A DNA stretch of 64,000 nt from Octopus sinensis (Eukaryota). A program made the translations under genes and the position numbers. The notes beneath the pieces are model-generated. The model saw only the letters and a list, made by a program, of their open reading frames with translations. It was not told the origin of the DNA and ran no database searches. The DNA lies in NCBI RefSeq assembly GCF_006345805.1, contig NC_043000.1, positions 149,048,001 through 149,112,000 on the forward strand, read 5' to 3'. Below, piece after piece: positions 61,794-64,000 of this stretch; the first letter of the stretch is position 1; every line of letters starts with the position of its first letter.

Positions 61794-62097
61794 TTGTTTG
61801 TTCCTTCTCGAGCCATGCCTGGCTCATAAGGGCCGGTTTCCCGGTTTCTTTGGCGTATAGGTTTCCCACCTGGACGGGACGCAGGTCCGTCGCAGATGAC
61901 CTGCTCGATGCAGGGGGAAAGAGTGAGAGGAAATTGTGGCGAAAGAGTCAGCAGAGGTTCGCCATTACCTTCTGCCGGAGCCGCGTGGAGCTTAGGTGTT
62001 TCGCTCATAAACACACACATCGCCCGGTCTGAGATTCGAACCCACGATCCTTCAACTGCGAGTCTGCTGCTCTAACCACTAGGGCATGTGTCTCCAC
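61794..62097 (-). mobile_element. SINE with family C head and a different tail
   Basis: TSD ATGCTTCATGATAG (61780-61793, 62098-62111). Confidence 0.85.
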
Positions 62098-62903
62098 ATG
62101 CTTCATGATAGGGGCCAAAATGTCAAGTTTGAGTGTTTCTTTGGGCTGAATTCCGACATAAACTCGCTCTGAATTGGGAAAAAAGTTGAATAATGAATCA
62201 CCAGAGAAGACAACATTGTTCCACTGAGCCACCGATCTCTTATGACACCATTTTCTCTGTTCATCAGTGTCGATGGGGGACGGAAGATGTTTAGCAGTTG
62301 TAACCATATTGTTGTATCCAGCTTTACAGAGCTCACAACCAATATTTTTGGTTGACTCGTGGTTGGCAAGGAAGTGGTTTAGTACTGCTGTCACTTTTGC
62401 TGTCGTAGTTCGATGGTTTTTAGGCACTATAAGTTCTACTATTCTACGGCCCCGCTTTGCGAGCTTTACCTTCCGTCCAGAATTACGCTTACCGGAGCTG
62501 GTTTTACTTTGTTTTTAGAATGCCAACATGTACATCCCAAAATATTAAGCAATTCATATATTTTCTTGACTGAAGTTCCATCCAACCACACTTCAACAAT
62601 TTATCGTCTTTGGAAATCAGATAGGTCACGCATTTTAACTTATTTCAATATAAATAACGGCCAAAAAGAGAGATAAAACCCCAGAGAGCTATATTTTGAA
62701 ATACAAGTCATAAGGCATACAAACATATATATATATAGAGAGAGATAGACACTAGAATAGTTCTGAATTTGTCATATCGCCAATAGTAAAAACAATTAAA
62801 TGTAAAGTGGTGCTTCCATTATTTTGACCAATCTCTGTATATGTATGTATTTATGTACCCATGTACCCATATGCCAATATACATACATACACACATACAT
62901 ACA

Positions 62904-63456
62904 TGGTGGCTGCCCCCTCGTTATCGAATATGGCCATTGCACGAAGCTTAATCAATGTTGTTATCGTGCAATGCCTGTGCAAGAAGATTTTTTTAAAGTG
63001 AGGAAAAGCTGTGCACTGAGTCAATCCCACTCACTAAGCAACAGAAGCCATAATACGAAAAGAAGAACAAGTCAACATCATCGGTAACCACTGAGCCGCA
63101 GGTTTTATGTCGGAGTTATCCCAGTTTCCTGAGTTACCTTCTCCTAGAAGGATGCCCTAACAAAGTCTAGGAGTCCTTCACTCCCAATGGTTTAACCGCG
63201 CGATCGGGTATTCAGTCCGATTATTTCTATGTCCCCGCGCATGATACAGCCTTAAGACATTTATTGGATGGCCGTTGACTCTCAAGAGTTCCTCCGCCCT
63301 TTGACGAGTTTTGTTTTTCATCCCGCAGGGTGTCCAATAAACACCCTCCTCACCAAGCAAGCTTGGTGGGGTTGCCGGTTTAGTCGCCGACGACCCGACC
63401 ATGCAACAGGTTGTACTGGATTACATGTTACCAGTAGCACTCGAAAGTGACCTGAC
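62904..63456 (-). mobile_element. Structured non-coding retroposon embedded in (CATA)n, subfamily 1
   Basis: Hairpin-rich 5' half, TCTAGGAGAAGGTAACTC motif, (ATGT)n tail; (CATA)n on both sides; no long ORF. Confidence 0.75.
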
Positions 63457-64000
63457 ATACATACATACATATCTGTATATGTGTGTGTGTGTATTTATGT
63501 ATGTATAACTTCCTGAGATTTCACTTGTATTATCATTCTATATTTTCTCACAACTTGCAGTATTTTCCTCAGTGTTTTTTACCCCCCTCTCACTTTCCTA
63601 CGGCTTCTCATTCACAATACGATTGCACCTATATAGCATTCTCCCATGCTGCTACTAACTCACAATACTTAATACTGCACTCCCACACTTTCACACGCCT
63701 ACACACATCTCGAAAAACTACCCACACCCTAAACCACCACCACCACCAGCACCAGCACCATCACCACCACACATCCTATGCTTATCTCTGCACACGGATA
63801 CACTCCAGTATATGCACACACAACCCCACTAACTCCTCTTTTACTAACGCATCTCCACCTGACTCTTAAACGTTTTTCTTTCTTCCCGCTTTTTCTGTTT
63901 TCCCCATTCTTACTTTTCTGTCTTTTTTTCTGACGAAAGACTAGAGTCTGAAACGCCAAGACACTTTCCCTTCCTTTTAAGTGTTAGAATAAGCTAATCT

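Larger units (their letters stand above)
61095..62560 (-). pseudogene. Tc1-like transposase remnant split by two SINE insertions
   Basis: KNHRTTTAKVT...WNNVVFSGDS...IMKH/HRGRCVVIWTA/ILW...IFQDDNGPIH...LDYPNSTP correspond to Tc1 FSDES, KHGGG.VMVW, FQ.DNAP.H and WP..SPDL motifs. Confidence 0.82.

Overview
AT-rich, repeat-saturated eukaryotic DNA that looks intergenic or intronic. The SINE families and microsatellite load suggest an Octopus-like cephalopod (inference). I found no convincing host-gene exon; most short ORFs in the track are microsatellite or SINE artefacts. The centrepiece is an apparently full-length CR1-group LINE (20018-25590, minus strand). It has an open APE+RT ORF2, an unusual ORF1 region (Myb/SANT trihelix-like domain plus a CCCH zinc finger), a 16-unit modular repeat array in its 5' UTR and a DPE-like internal promoter. 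It sits inside a (TA)n tract in one arm of a large foldback element carrying type I hammerhead ribozyme motifs (Penelope/retrozyme-like). Other contents: three tRNA-derived SINE families (one shares the LINE's 3' double hairpin, one forms multimers with a fixed junction), two non-autonomous Helitron families plus a RepHel helicase remnant, Merlin-like and Tc1/mariner/pogo MITEs, decayed mariner and Tc1 transposases, RTE, CR1 and Dong/R4 LINE fragments, LTR-like relics, and a structured non-coding retroposon repeatedly embedded in (CATA)n. Everything was read by eye, so boundaries of decayed elements are approximate.
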